A stretch of DNA of 64,000 nucleotides, taken from the NCBI GenBank assembly GCA_017495115.1, contig JAFEIJ010000030.1, positions 1,709 to 65,708 of the forward strand, written 5' to 3'. The translations under genes and the position numbers were made by a program. This DNA is from Chitinophagaceae bacterium (GTDB lineage Bacteria > Bacteroidota > Bacteroidia > Chitinophagales > JADJOU01). Below the pieces are notes generated by a model. That model made no database searches. It saw nothing but the letters and a program-made list of their open reading frames with translations, and was not told where the DNA came from. This document shows, in pieces, positions 28,880 to 38,574 of this stretch (its first letter is position 1; every line of letters begins with the position of its first letter).

Positions 28880-29024
28880 CGGGAAATAGCTCCTATTTAT
28901 TTATTGAACTTCTTTTATTGATACTAGGCACTTATCTTTATCGTAATTTGAGATTAACTTTTTTTACAAAAAATGAAAGTACGTTTTAAATAAAAAAATC
29001 GATTTTTGCATAAAATTACAAACT

Positions 29025-30746
29025 ATGGCTTTATTTCAATATGCAGATTTTTTATACGTATTGATTTTAGTTTTATTATTTGCTGTACTTGGTTTTGCTA
29101 CTTTAAAGTGGAAAAATAAGCGTATTGAAGAATTTGCAGCACCATCTTTAAAAAAAGTCATTTTCCCTAATTATTCTTCAAAAATAGGCACCATCAAGTT
29201 AATTTTATGGCTATTCGCTTTTGTTTTTCTTATTATAGGTTTGGCAAATCCAAGAGTGGGAACTCAAGCGGAGAAAATAAAAGGAAAAGGCATCGATGTG
29301 ATGGTATTATTGGATGTGTCCAATTCGATGCGTGCGCAAGACATTCAGCCCAACAGATTAGAACGCTCTAAATTATTGATAAGCAAATTATTAACTCAAA
29401 TGCAAGGCAATCGCGTGGGGTTAATTTTATTTGCTGGAAATGCCTTTATACAAGTTCCCTATACGATTGATTATTCGGCAATAAAAATGGCACTTCCAAA
29501 TGTAAGCACCGAGTCGATAAGCAGCCAAGGCACTTCAATTGGCGAAGCCGTTGAATTAGCGACGTCTTCCTTAGAAAAAAGTCAGAGTAAAAATAAAGCG
29601 CTCCTTATTCTTACCGATGGCGAAGACAACGAAGGTAAAGCTAAAGATGCTATCGAAGCGGCTAAATCCATTGGAATTAAAACCATTGCGGTGGGCGTTG
29701 GCGAAGAGGAAGGCGCTCCGATTCCGATGGGGAATGACTTTAAAAAAGATGAACAAGGCAATGTAATCAAAACGGCTTTTAAACGCTCGATGTTAGAAAA
29801 TTTGGCTGCTATCGGCGATGGACAATTTTTTCATTTAGGTGGGCAGTCGGATATAGTGGAAGACATCAATAAAGAACTTCAATCCATCGAACAAAAAGAA
29901 TATGAAGAGTTGGATTTTACGGCGTATAACAATTATTTTTATTATTTCTTGATGGTTGTGCTGATTCTTATAACGATTGATTTTTTCATTCCTTCAAATG
30001 GATTCCATTTTTATAAAAAAATATTGTTTTCCAGTTTTTTGATTTTGCTATTTTCCAACGTATCGGCTCAAATGCAAAACAAAGACCCTAATTTAGAAAA
30101 AAATATCAAGAAAATCATTCGAAGCGGCAATAAAGAATTTAGTAATCAAAAGTTAAATGAAGCAGAAACAAAATTTCAAAAAGCACTTGAAATGGACGCG
30201 TCGAATAAAATAGCGAATTACAATATGGGGAATACCAAATATCAATTGAATAAGTATAAAGAAAGTATTCCGAATTATCAAAAAGTTATAGAAAAAAATA
30301 CGGACAAGGATTTCTTGTCTAAAGCTCATTATAATCTTGGAAATGCGTATTACAAATCGAATGATATGGACCAAGCCATAAAAGCGTATGAAACGGCTTT
30401 ACTAAAAAATCCGAATGATATGGACGCCAAGAAAAATCTTGCTTTGGCTAAAAAACGCAAAAAAGACCAGGGCGGTGGCGGAAATAATCCAAAAGAAAAT
30501 CAAAAAGATAAAAATAAAGAAGAAAACCAACAAAACGGAAAACCCGACGAGAAAAAAGATAAAGGTGAAAATCCGCAAGAAGGCAAATCAGAAGAAAAGA
30601 AAATAGCGCCATCGAAGGGTTCTATTTCGCAAGAGGATGCGGAAAAACTTTTGGAAGCGCTCAAAAATCAAGAACAAAATACGCAAAAAAAGGTACAACA
30701 AAAAAATAAACCCAACGACGACAAAAAATTAGAAAAAGATTGGTAA
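29025..30746 (+). CDS. VWA-domain plus TPR protein (BatB/BatC-like fusion) with a Lys/Glu/Asn-rich tail
   Basis: 573 aa. N-terminal TMs. VWA MIDAS DVMVLLDVSNSM. LILTDGEDNEG. Central TM. TPR repeats (HYNLGNAYYKSNDMDQAIKAYETALLKNP). Low-complexity C-terminus. Confidence 0.75.
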   Translation: MALFQYADFLYVLILVLLFAVLGFATLKWKNKRIEEFAAPSLKKVIFPNYSSKIGTIKLILWLFAFVFLIIGLANPRVGTQAEKIKGKGIDVMVLLDVSNSMRAQDIQPNRLERSKLLISKLLTQMQGNRVGLILFAGNAFIQVPYTIDYSAIKMALPNVSTESISSQGTSIGEAVELATSSLEKSQSKNKALLILTDGEDNEGKAKDAIEAAKSIGIKTIAVGVGEEEGAPIPMGNDFKKDEQGNVIKTAFKRSMLENLAAIGDGQFFHLGGQSDIVEDINKELQSIEQKEYEELDFTAYNNYFYYFLMVVLILITIDFFIPSNGFHFYKKILFSSFLILLFSNVSAQMQNKDPNLEKNIKKIIRSGNKEFSNQKLNEAETKFQKALEMDASNKIANYNMGNTKYQLNKYKESIPNYQKVIEKNTDKDFLSKAHYNLGNAYYKSNDMDQAIKAYETALLKNPNDMDAKKNLALAKKRKKDQGGGGNNPKENQKDKNKEENQQNGKPDEKKDKGENPQEGKSEEKKIAPSKGSISQEDAEKLLEALKNQEQNTQKKVQQKNKPNDDKKLEKDW

Positions 30747-30908
30747 TGCCGTATATGTATTAGTAATATGTCAATAAAAATGACCTAAACTATTACTATT
30801 GAGGTATTATTCCTAATTTGATTTAAATTAAATCTACAACATAAATGGTATAATTTTTTTGAATTTAGTATAAAGATCTTTTCAAAATTTTAAATAATTG
30901 AAGTTTTA

Positions 30909-32081
30909 TTGAAAAAATTTATAGATTTGCTTAAATTTAAAAAAAAGTTGCAAAAAAGGGTTCGTATTGCAGTCAATACTCGTTTACTAATTAAAGATCA
31001 ATTAGAAGGAATCGGTTGGTTTATGTATCAAAATCTGAAACGATTGGTTGAAAACAATCCTGAATTTGAATTTTACTTTCTTTTTGACAGGCCTTATGAC
31101 CCCGATTTTATTTTTGGAGAAAATGTATCTCCAATTGTTTTAAATCCACCGGCAAGACATCCAATTCTTTGGTTTTTGTGGTTTGAATTTGCCATACCAA
31201 GGTTTATCAAAAAACATCAAATTGATTTATTTTTATCGCTTGATGCCTATACTTCATTGAGCGCGCAATGTGCTAAAATTACAGCCATTCATGACATTGC
31301 TTTTATGCATTATGAAAATCAAGTCCCTAAAGTCGTGCAATGGTTTATGCGACACTTTACGCCAAAATATTACAACAGCAGTGATGTAATCATTACTGTT
31401 TCGGAAGCGTCTAAACAGGATTTAATTTCCACTTTTGGGGCTCACAAAAAAATTGAAGTCCTTTACAACGCCTCCAGTGATATTTATAAACCGATAAAAG
31501 AAGCTGAAAAAACGGCTCATAAAAACCAATTTACCGAAGGTTGTCCTTATTTTTTATATGTAGGCTCTATTCACCCTCGAAAAAATGTTTTAAATCTTTT
31601 AAAAAGCTTTGAAGCGTATAAAGAGAAATATCAAACCAATCATTATTTGGTTTTGGTTGGGCGCTGGGCTTGGCAAAGCAAAGAAGCATTTAATTTTTTA
31701 CAAAATATGAAATATAAAAATTTTGTAAAATGTGTGGCGCATCAAACTCCCGAAACATTACGATATTGGTATGGAGCAGCGGAAGCATTGGTTTTTATAT
31801 CTATTTATGAAGGATTTGGCATTCCGATTGTAGAAGCGATGGCCTGTGAAGCGCCAATTATTGCCAGCCGCTCTTCGTCGTTACCCGAGGTTGGAGGTGA
31901 AGCCGCAATTTATATTGATCCCGAATCTATTGAAGAAATTGTAACCGCACTACATCAAATACAAAATCAAGAGGTCCAAAATAAATTAATTGCCAATGGA
32001 AAACTTCAAATACATAAATTTGATTGGAACCAAAGTGCAAAAAAATTAGAAGCTATTGTAAAACAAGAATTGAAATTATAA
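30909..32081 (+). CDS. Glycosyltransferase family 4 (GT-B fold)
   Basis: RIAVNTRLL near the N-terminus. C-terminal EGFGIPIVEAMACEAPIIASRSSSLPEVGG. The start is uncertain (TTG 30909 or TTG 30948). Confidence 0.75.
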   Translation: MKKFIDLLKFKKKLQKRVRIAVNTRLLIKDQLEGIGWFMYQNLKRLVENNPEFEFYFLFDRPYDPDFIFGENVSPIVLNPPARHPILWFLWFEFAIPRFIKKHQIDLFLSLDAYTSLSAQCAKITAIHDIAFMHYENQVPKVVQWFMRHFTPKYYNSSDVIITVSEASKQDLISTFGAHKKIEVLYNASSDIYKPIKEAEKTAHKNQFTEGCPYFLYVGSIHPRKNVLNLLKSFEAYKEKYQTNHYLVLVGRWAWQSKEAFNFLQNMKYKNFVKCVAHQTPETLRYWYGAAEALVFISIYEGFGIPIVEAMACEAPIIASRSSSLPEVGGEAAIYIDPESIEEIVTALHQIQNQEVQNKLIANGKLQIHKFDWNQSAKKLEAIVKQELKL

Positions 32082-32091
32082 CCCAAATATC

Positions 32092-33780
32092 ATGCAAAAC
32101 ATTAAAAATATTGAAATTCCTAAAGTAACAAAAGAAGCCATTGAGGCAGATTTTACACAATTTGAAAAAGAACTGAAAGCCGTTGCTTCTGAAAAAGAAT
32201 TAATTGAATTGTATCAAAAAGTGCTTGATTATAATGATGTATTTTTATCTCACTATAGTATTACCTATTTTAAGTATAATGGTGATTTGAAAAATGAAGC
32301 CTACGATAAAATCTACACCGTTTATTTAGATTGTTATCCAACTTTAAAATCAGGATTATTAAAAATACAATCGATTGTTAAAAAAAGTCCATTTTTAGAC
32401 GCTTTAGCTAGTTTGATTGGTAATAACGGTCTTGAAGAACTCAAGAGATCTAGAGAAATGTCCAAAGAGGCTCAAGAAATTTTTGAACAAATTTCAAAGA
32501 TTGAAAAAGATTATGATTCAAAAATTGGAACTGCTGAAGTAATATGGGAAGGAAAAACCGTTTCTTTAAGTGCCATTTACAGCTATTTTAATGATGCGAA
32601 TCGAGAAACCAGAAAAAAAGCATTTGATACCATAGCTTTTTATTTTTTGAAGGAAGAAACGTATTTAACAGCTATTTTAATTCAGTTAATTAAACTTCGA
32701 AATGCCTTTGCGCGCAAACTTGGCTATAATAATTATCTTGAATATTCATTTGATCATTATTGTCGCATCGGATACGGATCCAAAGAAATTGATGGATTTC
32801 GAAATCAAGTTTCAAAAGATTTTTTAGGAATTTATTTAAAAATTAAAGAATTCCGAAAGAAAAATTTAAAACTTGACCATTTGTCTTATTACGATAATAT
32901 TAATTTTATAGATGGCGAAGCAGAATTAAAACATAAGGATATTCAAAAAAACATTGATGAATTTATTGAAATGTCTGGTCATTTTTCAAAAATATGGCAA
33001 GATACACTAAATAAAATGAGTAAATACGGGGCAATAGATTATGAAATTAGAGATAATAAAAAATATGGAGGTTATTGTACTTATGCAATAAGTTATAATT
33101 TGCCTATAATTTATTCGGGTTTAACCGTCAATACTCTCAACGATATTAGAGTCTTATCTCATGAAATTGGGCATGCGCTGCAAATGTCAATTACAAATAG
33201 CCTTACAAAATATCACGAGGCTTGCTTAGACACGGTCGAAATCTTTTCACATTCGATGGAGATGGCTATTTATCCATATTTAAATTTATTTTTTGAAGGA
33301 GAAGGTGTTAAAAAATATCAGTTAAAAAATTTTATTGGTCATCTAAATATGCTGTTTGATTGTAGTATTGATGATGAATTACAAGAAATATTGTATCTTA
33401 ATGAAGATAAGCTTTCAAGTGAGTTTATTTGCAATACCTATAAAAAATTAGAAGATAAATTTCAATTTATAAATAATCATGAACCCGATTTATTCTACAC
33501 AAAAGGGAAAAGCTGGTTGAATAATGGGCATTTATTTAAATATCCTTTTTATATGATTGATTATGCATTGGCGGTGATCGTAGCGATTCAATTATACCAA
33601 CAAAGTCTTTCGGATCCGCAAACTTATGTTCAAAATTTCGAAACACTAGCTAAGAATATTGGTAATCTTTCACAAAAGAATATTTCGGAGTACAGTAGTT
33701 GTTTTTCGGCATTTGAATTTGATAAATTCAAAGAACTCGCTCAATTTATAGACAGCAGATTAGAAGAAATGAAGATGTAG
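32092..33780 (+). CDS. pepF: M3-family oligoendopeptidase (PepF-like)
   Basis: 562 aa. Zinc motif HEIGHALQ. Length and layout typical of oligoendopeptidase F. Confidence 0.75.
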   Translation: MQNIKNIEIPKVTKEAIEADFTQFEKELKAVASEKELIELYQKVLDYNDVFLSHYSITYFKYNGDLKNEAYDKIYTVYLDCYPTLKSGLLKIQSIVKKSPFLDALASLIGNNGLEELKRSREMSKEAQEIFEQISKIEKDYDSKIGTAEVIWEGKTVSLSAIYSYFNDANRETRKKAFDTIAFYFLKEETYLTAILIQLIKLRNAFARKLGYNNYLEYSFDHYCRIGYGSKEIDGFRNQVSKDFLGIYLKIKEFRKKNLKLDHLSYYDNINFIDGEAELKHKDIQKNIDEFIEMSGHFSKIWQDTLNKMSKYGAIDYEIRDNKKYGGYCTYAISYNLPIIYSGLTVNTLNDIRVLSHEIGHALQMSITNSLTKYHEACLDTVEIFSHSMEMAIYPYLNLFFEGEGVKKYQLKNFIGHLNMLFDCSIDDELQEILYLNEDKLSSEFICNTYKKLEDKFQFINNHEPDLFYTKGKSWLNNGHLFKYPFYMIDYALAVIVAIQLYQQSLSDPQTYVQNFETLAKNIGNLSQKNISEYSSCFSAFEFDKFKELAQFIDSRLEEMKM

Positions 33781-33942
33781 TTATAACATCAATCATTTTG
33801 AAGAAAAAATTATACATATCTAAAGAAGAGCAAGATCTAATTCATAGCCGAAACGAAAACATGAAACATGACAAATGAAAAATTGACGGAATGAAAGGTT
33901 TTTAAAAATGAATTGAAAGATTAAATACAAAATTTTATAAAT

Positions 33943-33976
33943 AAAAAATGCCTTGATGTTCATCAAGGCATTTTTT
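33943..33976. terminator. Bidirectional Rho-independent terminator between pepF (+) and tRNA-Pro (-)
   Basis: TGCCTTGATG / CATCAAGGCA inverted repeat flanked by AAAAAA and TTTTTT. Confidence 0.75.
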
Positions 33977-33983
33977 ATTGAAG

Positions 33984-34057
<74 letters not shown>

Positions 34058-34086
34058 ATTTATTTTTAGTTTCTCTTCCAAACTTC

Positions 34087-34127
34087 GATGCGCTACTCCC
34101 GCACGTGCGGGACGCTACATCCCTATT
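34087..34127 (-). pseudogene. Truncated duplicate of the tRNA-Pro 5' part (acceptor 5' strand plus D arm), with the D-loop replaced by a GC palindrome
   Basis: Minus strand reads AGGGATGTAGCG-TCCCGCACGTGCGGGA-GTAGCGCATC. The tRNA reads AGGGATGTAGCG-CAGCCCG-GTAGCGCATC. The upstream leader AAAATAAAT is also duplicated. Nothing beyond the D arm is present. Confidence 0.7.
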
Positions 34128-34156
34128 TATTTTGAATTGGTTGATTCCAATTGGAG

Positions 34157-34243
34157 CGGTGAGAGCGAGATTCGAACTCGCGGTACAGTTTCCCGTACGT
34201 CAGTTTAGCAAACTGGTGGTTTAAGCCGCTCACCCATCTCACC
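34157..34243 (-). tRNA. tRNA-Ser (anticodon GCT)
   Basis: 87 nt. Acceptor GGTGAGA/TCTCACC, 3-bp D stem, anticodon loop TTGCTAA, long variable arm (GTAC...GTAC), T arm GCGAG-TTCGAAT-CTCGC. Confidence 0.9.
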
Positions 34244-34338
34244 TTTAATCTTTAAGAACGAATACTGTTTTTAAAAATTAGAGTGCAAATATAGTATTTA
34301 TTTTTTAATGCCCTTGAAAAATTATTATTTAAAACGTT

Positions 34339-35766
34339 CTATAAATAAGACAAATTGATTCTTTTCTTTAATTCTTCAATTTTATCGTTATACGCCTTAT
34401 TTACTTGGAGTTGATCCTCAACTTGTTTTAATGAATGTAAAACCGTACTGTGGTCTTTTCCTCCAAAATGCTTACCAATTTCTTTTAATGAATTTTTAGT
34501 GAATTTACGCGCTAAATACATCGAAACTTGTCGAGCTTCTACTACGTCTCTTTTACGATTATTGTCGCATAAGCTGGTGATTTCAACATTATAAAATTCA
34601 CTAACCATTTGCTGAATAAAGTCAACGGATACTTCACGTGAAACGGATTTGATATAATTCTTAACGATTTTTTTAGCTAAATCGATGTCAATTTCTCTTT
34701 TTACTAAAGCTTCTTGCGCCAATAATGCAATCATAGCGCCTTCTAAGTCTCTAAGATTGGTATTAATATTATAGGCTACGTATTCTACAACTTCCTTAGG
34801 TAAAATAACGCCATCAGCATACATTTTTTTCTCTAAAATAGCATAACGGGTATCAAAATCAGGCAAGGTAAGCTCTGTGATTAAGCCCCATTTCAAACGT
34901 GACAATAAACGCTCTTCGATACCATCCAAATCCTTTGGTGCACGGTCTGAAGTGATGATAATTTGTTTGCCGTTGGTATGTAAATGATTAAAGATATGAA
35001 AAAATACGTTTTGCGTTTGTTCTTTTCCTCCTAACCAATAAATATCGTCCACTAATAATACATCTATTAGCTGGTAAAAATGAATGAATTCGTTTGTAGA
35101 GTTATTACGAATCGATTCTACGTATTGATTTAAGAATTTATCCGCAGAAACATATAAAACCGTTTTATTTGGATTGACTTGTTTGATAAAATTACCAATA
35201 GCATGAATTAAATGGGTTTTTCCCATTCCAGTTCTTCCGTATAAAACCAAAGGATTAAATGCGGTTCCACCTGGTTTTTGTGCAATTGCATAACCTGCAG
35301 CACGCGCTAAGCGGTTACAATCGCCTTCAACAAAACTATCAAAAGTATAAATAGGATTTAACTGCGAATCGATACTCACTTTTTTAATACCCGGAATTAC
35401 AAAAGGATTCTTAATAGGTCCTCCAATCGTTTGGGGCATAAACGACTCAGTAGCATCTACGTTATGTGATTTAAAATTTGGGTAATTTATAGTAGACGGA
35501 TTGTTTGGATTATTTTCTACTATAATACTATACTCTAGTTTTGCTTTGGCACCAATTTCTCGCTGTATTGATTTCTTAAGAATGCCTACATAATTTTCTT
35601 CGAGCCACTCGTAAAAAAACTGAGAAGGCACTTGAATTGTAAGCACTTCATCTTTTAACGAAACGGGTTTGATAGGCAAAAACCATGTTTCAAAAACAGA
35701 TTTTGATACATTATTCTTAATGATTTCCAAGCAATTTGACCAAATCTTTTCTACATTTTCTTTCAT
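34339..35766 (-). CDS. dnaA: Chromosomal replication initiator protein
   Basis: 475 aa. W..CL..I, Walker A GRTGMGKTHL, LLVDDI, sensor and box VII regions, C-terminal DNA-binding HFGGKDHSTVLHS. Confidence 0.95.
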   Translation of the reverse strand: MKENVEKIWSNCLEIIKNNVSKSVFETWFLPIKPVSLKDEVLTIQVPSQFFYEWLEENYVGILKKSIQREIGAKAKLEYSIIVENNPNNPSTINYPNFKSHNVDATESFMPQTIGGPIKNPFVIPGIKKVSIDSQLNPIYTFDSFVEGDCNRLARAAGYAIAQKPGGTAFNPLVLYGRTGMGKTHLIHAIGNFIKQVNPNKTVLYVSADKFLNQYVESIRNNSTNEFIHFYQLIDVLLVDDIYWLGGKEQTQNVFFHIFNHLHTNGKQIIITSDRAPKDLDGIEERLLSRLKWGLITELTLPDFDTRYAILEKKMYADGVILPKEVVEYVAYNINTNLRDLEGAMIALLAQEALVKREIDIDLAKKIVKNYIKSVSREVSVDFIQQMVSEFYNVEITSLCDNNRKRDVVEARQVSMYLARKFTKNSLKEIGKHFGGKDHSTVLHSLKQVEDQLQVNKAYNDKIEELKKRINLSYL

Positions 35767-35849
35767 AAACTATACGACAATAAACTTTGATATTTCCGAC
35801 TGCGAATATGCACATTTTAATGTTAATAACTTTATTTTTTTATTTCAAG

Positions 35850-36770
35850 TTACTGACATTTTATCAACATCGATTCATTTTTATCCACTTTTTTTGAATC
35901 TTTTTTAAGATATACATCTAATCTTCCTAAGTTTATACCTCCCCAACCTACTTGATTAACTATGACAAATTTTCCGAATTTATTTTTAATTTCTTTTGGA
36001 GAATTTAAAAACGTGTGCGTATGGCCTCCAATTATAACATCCACATTATCAATTGATTCCGCAAGCATCAAGTCCGAAACCCTTTGTTTATTGGGGTAAG
36101 AATAACCTAGATGTGATAACCCTATGATTATCTGACATTTCTTCTCATGTTTCAAAAAGTGAGCATATTGATTTCCAATATGTATGGGGTCTAAATATTG
36201 CGTTTCTCCAAAAAGCGCTTTGGGCACCAAACCGTCCAACTCAATCCCCAATCCAAAAACACCAATTCGAATTTGTCCTTTTTGAAATATCTTGTATTTT
36301 TGGATTTTTTTATCCAACGGTGTATTTTCAAAATTATAATTACTTACAATAAATGGAAAATTAGCGTGGTTGAGCTGTTTGTCAAAATTATCAATACCTC
36401 CATCAAAATCATGATTTCCCATCGTAGCCGCATCGTATCCAAGCATGCTCATTGCTTTTATTTCCAACTCGCCATTATATAAATTAAAATAGGGTGTGCC
36501 TTGAAAAATATCTCCAGCATCCAAAAGCAAAACATGTTTTTCAGCTTTTCGTATTTCATCAATAATTGCTTTGCGGGCGATGACGCCTCCAAGCCCAGCA
36601 AAATCGCCAGAATCAAAAGGGTCTATTCTACTATGCGTATCGTTGGTATGCAAAATAGTGATTTTTTCAAAAGCATCTAAAGACTCGGCTTTAAGGATGG
36701 ACTGCCCCATCAAGCCACTTAAAACAACGGTTTTAGTTGTATTTTTTAAAAAAGCTCTACGATCTAGCAT
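35850..36770 (-). CDS. Tat-exported metallophosphoesterase / 5'-nucleotidase N-terminal-domain protein
   Basis: 306 aa. Twin-arginine signal MLDRRAFLK. Metallophosphatase motifs HTNDTHS, DAGDIFQG, GNHDFD, GGHTH. Confidence 0.8.
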   Translation of the reverse strand: MLDRRAFLKNTTKTVVLSGLMGQSILKAESLDAFEKITILHTNDTHSRIDPFDSGDFAGLGGVIARKAIIDEIRKAEKHVLLLDAGDIFQGTPYFNLYNGELEIKAMSMLGYDAATMGNHDFDGGIDNFDKQLNHANFPFIVSNYNFENTPLDKKIQKYKIFQKGQIRIGVFGLGIELDGLVPKALFGETQYLDPIHIGNQYAHFLKHEKKCQIIIGLSHLGYSYPNKQRVSDLMLAESIDNVDVIIGGHTHTFLNSPKEIKNKFGKFVIVNQVGWGGINLGRLDVYLKKDSKKVDKNESMLIKCQ

Positions 36771-36923
36771 AAAATTGTATTAAAAATGATACACAAAGAT
36801 ACTAAAAATAAAAAGGGGAAATGTGAATTAAAAAAAGAAGAATCTTATCAAAAATAAATAAACAATGTATGTTTTTATAATTAACCTATTATGAATTTGA
36901 GTTATATATTATCTATTATAATT

Positions 36924-37280
36924 TTAATACAAAATTGGCACGAAAAGGAAACCAGTGTCTTGTTCATTTGAAATAAATAAGATACAAAACATATCACTTT
37001 TATCTTTATAATTTAATCGAAAATCTTCAATTTTATCTTCGGTTATGAACTTTTTATGATACAATTCTTCAAGATGGGTAATAAAAATATTCCACTGGTA
37101 ATTGGTTTGAGATTGATCGATAATTAGTTTGCCAAAAACGGGTGTTGAAGATTTTTGAAAAATAAAAATTGGATAGTTTGAAACCCTTTGTTCGATTAAA
37201 AGAGTACGGACATTTAATAAGGTTTCATTCCATTTCTCTACTTCTTGCTCGATACTTTCTATCGTTATGGTATTGATCAT
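36924..37280 (-). CDS. Hypothetical protein (118 aa)
   Basis: Clean ORF 9 nt downstream of nadC on the same strand. No family recognised. Confidence 0.4.
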   Translation of the reverse strand: MINTITIESIEQEVEKWNETLLNVRTLLIEQRVSNYPIFIFQKSSTPVFGKLIIDQSQTNYQWNIFITHLEELYHKKFITEDKIEDFRLNYKDKSDMFCILFISNEQDTGFLFVPILY

Positions 37281-37289
37281 ATATAAAAA

Positions 37290-38159
37290 TTAAAATGCTT
37301 TTAAACTCAAATCTAAAGACTTATACGAATACGTTAAACTGCCAATAGAAACAAAATCAACGCCCGTTTCGGCATAATCCACTATGGTTTCTTCATTAAT
37401 GCCTCCACTGGCTTCTAATGGCAATCTGCGATTGACCCACAATACTGCTTCGCGGCAGGCGTCTACCGTAAAATTGTCCAGCATAATGCGATCTACCAAG
37501 CCCGTTTCCAAAACAGTTTGAACTTCATTTAAGTTTCTTGTTTCCACTTCGATAGGAACATGCATTTGGTGCTCTTTTTTATAAGCATCTGCGCGTTGAA
37601 TTGCATTTACGATACCTCCACAATAATCTATATGATTATCCTTTAGCATAATCATATCGTATAAACCGAAGCGGTGATTGACGCCACCGCCAATTTTAAC
37701 TGCTAATTTTTCAAAATATCTAAAATTGGGAGTGGTTTTTCGTGTGTCCAAAACCTTACATTGGGTATGTGCAATTTTATTGACAAAATGATTGGTTTTA
37801 GTCGCAATTCCACTCATGCGTTGCATCGTATTGAGTACCAACCGTTCGGCTAATAAAATAGATCGGGTTTTGCCTTCTACAATAAATGCAATATCGCCAT
37901 ATTTTACTTTTGTGCCATCTTTTATAAGAATTTCGATCTTTAAACTCGGATCTACGATATTAAAAATTTGAGTGGCTATTTCTACACCTGCAAGAATTCC
38001 AGAATCTTTAACAATTAAGCGTGCCTTTTTTTCATCCTCAATAGGAATACAACTGTTGGCACTATGATCACCAATAGGAATGATAAAATTGGGATCTTGC
38101 GTGTCTTCAAGAAGTGCTTTTTCTATAAAATCTCTAATATTCATATAACTATTTAACAC
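37290..38159 (-). CDS. nadC: Nicotinate-nucleotide pyrophosphorylase (carboxylating)
   Basis: 289 aa. ERLVLNTMQRMSGIAT, LDTRKTTP, VKIGGGVNHRFGLYDMIMLKDNH, SGGI. Confidence 0.9.
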   Translation of the reverse strand: MLNSYMNIRDFIEKALLEDTQDPNFIIPIGDHSANSCIPIEDEKKARLIVKDSGILAGVEIATQIFNIVDPSLKIEILIKDGTKVKYGDIAFIVEGKTRSILLAERLVLNTMQRMSGIATKTNHFVNKIAHTQCKVLDTRKTTPNFRYFEKLAVKIGGGVNHRFGLYDMIMLKDNHIDYCGGIVNAIQRADAYKKEHQMHVPIEVETRNLNEVQTVLETGLVDRIMLDNFTVDACREAVLWVNRRLPLEASGGINEETIVDYAETGVDFVSIGSLTYSYKSLDLSLKAF

Positions 38160-38396
38160 ACAAATTAATAATGTTCAAAACTAATATAAATTCTGTAAAA
38201 TTGAATATTGAAGTATTTAAAACATAATTTTATTTTTAATTTAAATGCCATAATTTGTCGTTTTAATATATTCAAATTTGAATTAATTGTAAAATATTCA
38301 ATATATAATTAGATTTTGTAAAATAAATAAAAAAGGATCAATTGCGACATTTTACGGCGTCATCAACTTGTATTTTTGCATCATAAAATCAATCAG

Positions 38397-38573
38397 ATGA
38401 AAGAATTAAATGAAATAGGGATTAAAGAAGAATTAAAAGATGTTGTAAAAAAAGGATTTGAAGAAATGCTTCAAGATGTCATGAAAGGCAAAAAATCTAT
38501 ACAAGATTTTAAAAAATCATTAGATTATAAATATTCTCAAAAAAAGATGGAACTATACGGTACGTTATTCTAA
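38397..38573 (+). CDS. Small hypothetical protein (58 aa from ATG 38397)
   Basis: A TATTTTTG -7 box at 38371-38378 precedes the ATG at 38397 (MKELNEIG...). Charged, helical-looking. No family recognised. Confidence 0.3.
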   Translation: MKELNEIGIKEELKDVVKKGFEEMLQDVMKGKKSIQDFKKSLDYKYSQKKMELYGTLF

Positions 38574-38574
38574 A

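Noticed and set aside
30415-30606. A 63-aa Lys-rich ORF in an alternative frame of the VWA-TPR gene, plus antisense ORFs at 29571-29770 and 30153-30374.
   Set aside because: They are artefacts of the A-rich low-complexity tail and are nested in a well-supported CDS.
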